Below are positions 62,600 to 64,000 of a stretch of 64,000 nt of DNA, piece by piece (within the stretch, counting starts at the first letter, position 1; every line of letters starts with the position of its first letter). Position numbers and translations under genes: made by a program. Origin of the DNA: the human T2T-CHM13v2.0 reference genome, Homo sapiens. Under the pieces are notes generated by a model. That model was given only the letters and a program-made list of their open reading frames with translations. It was not told where the DNA came from and searched no databases. Location: NCBI RefSeq assembly GCF_009914755.1, contig NC_060939.1; one strand, given 5' to 3'.

Positions 62600-63004
62600 C
62601 AAACTCTCTCTCTCTCTCTATATATATATATATGAAAGAAAGGGAGAGAAAGACATTATAAGGAATTGGCTCATGTGATTATGGAGGCTGGCAAGTCCCA
62701 AAATCTACACCGTGAGACTCAGCAAGCTGGAATCTTAGGACAGCCACTGGTTTAGTTCCAGTATGTGCCCAAGAGCTAAGAACTTGGAAGGCTGAGGGTG
62801 TAGTTTAAGTCCAAAGGCTGGCAGGCTCATAACCATAAAAAAGTCAATATGTCAGTTCCAATCCAAAGACAGGAAAACACCTGATGTCTCAGTTAAAAGG
62901 ACATTAGGCATCTGAAATATCCTTTCAGAAACACACAAAATAATGTTTAACCAAATATCTGGGCACTGCATGGGCCAAATTCACACATAAATTTAATCAT
63001 CGCA
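62600..63004 (-). mobile_element. MLT2 LTR
   Basis: ATAAGGAATTGGCTCATGTGATTATGGAGGCTGGCAAGTCCC...CACATAAATTTAATCATC. Confidence 0.8.
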
Positions 63005-63439
63005 CTGAGGTTATAATTTTTAAATCTATTTTAGAAATGTCTTCCATTTTTCATGGAACATTTAACGTAATTACTGATAGGGTAGAGTATAAGTTGACTG
63101 TATTGGTACTTCTTTTATCTGTGTGTTATCATTTGTTTCACATTTATGGCTAATTAAGTATTTTAGTATTCCATTTTATCTTCTGCATTGGCTTTTGGTT
63201 TATATCTTATTTGTTTTTTCAATGGTTACACATTATATAATATACATATTTAATTTAGTGCTGTCTACCTCAAAAATACTATCTACTTCATTAATAAGAG
63301 CTTTACAATGTATAATTCCAGTTAAACTTCTTACAACTGTTGTGTTCTCATTGTCATTTATTTTACATCTATATTTGCTTTAAAACCCCACAATAGGTAG
63401 CTATTCCTTTTACTTTAAATAGCCAGTGAGCTTTTAAAA

Positions 63440-63530
63440 AATTATATGTATATATACATATGAAGATATCTATGTATCTATCTGTGTATCCATCTATGTA
63501 TCTATCTATCATCTATCTATCTATGTCTAT
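63440..63530. repeat. (TATC)n-like simple repeat
   Basis: TATCTATCATCTATCTATCTAT. Confidence 0.75.
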
Positions 63531-63819
63531 GAAGTCCTTGCTTTAAACAAAACAATATTTAACTGACATTTACACACACAGGAAAAGTGTAACTTACTTT
63601 GCACAATTCTGTGGTAGCTGAGATCTTCTGCAAAGCAAAACACGCATGAGTTGCAGTCAACACACTATTGCGCAAAATGAGGACTACCTGCATTATATAT
63701 ATGTGTGTGTTTAATTTTAATTATATAAATATTTGCATGTAATATATGTAAAGCATATTATATCAAATATATTAAACTAATATAAACATAATTGTGTGTA
63801 CATTGTATATACCTTCTCA

Positions 63820-64000
63820 TTAAGCAAAATTTACTGAGCACTTACTATATAACAAGCAGTCCTGTAGGTTCTGGAAATACATCATTGAAGCATACAGGCA
63901 AAAATCTCAGCCCTTCGAGAGCTCATATTCTAGTATAGGGAGAGAGACAATAAGTATAACAAGCACATTGTAGTACATGCTATAAGGTAATGAAAGCTAT
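63820..64000 (-). mobile_element. L2 3' end
   Basis: ATTTACTGAGCACTTACTAT...GAGCTCATATTCTAGT. Confidence 0.65.

Overview
Primate (human-like) genomic DNA from the imprinted Prader-Willi region (15q11.2). The only supportable protein-coding gene is the intronless MAGEL2 (minus strand, 54163..50414, 1249 aa): Pro-rich tandem-repeat N-terminus, C-terminal MAGE homology domain, and the C7 Schaaf-Yang hotspot at 52168-52174. The rest is layered transposable-element debris: a LOR1-type ERV1 remnant, a degenerate class III (ERVL-like) provirus with pro/RT/RNaseH/IN motifs, several LTRs, L1, L2, MER44/Tigger7 and about 27 Alus. Best second-look items: (1) two HERV-K-group LTRs (LTR13A-like 148-1134, LTR22-like 35003-35658) that both look G-to-A hypermutated and both carry primer-binding-site sequence inside their target-site duplications; (2) three co-oriented CTCF motifs around MAGEL2, one overlapped by a ZFP57 TGCCGC motif; (3) an AluY flanked by a 78-bp duplication; (4) structure in the MAGEL2 promoter and 5'UTR. 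Repeat family names and consensus comparisons are from memory, not a database search; most repeat boundaries are approximate. I found no new multi-gene system.
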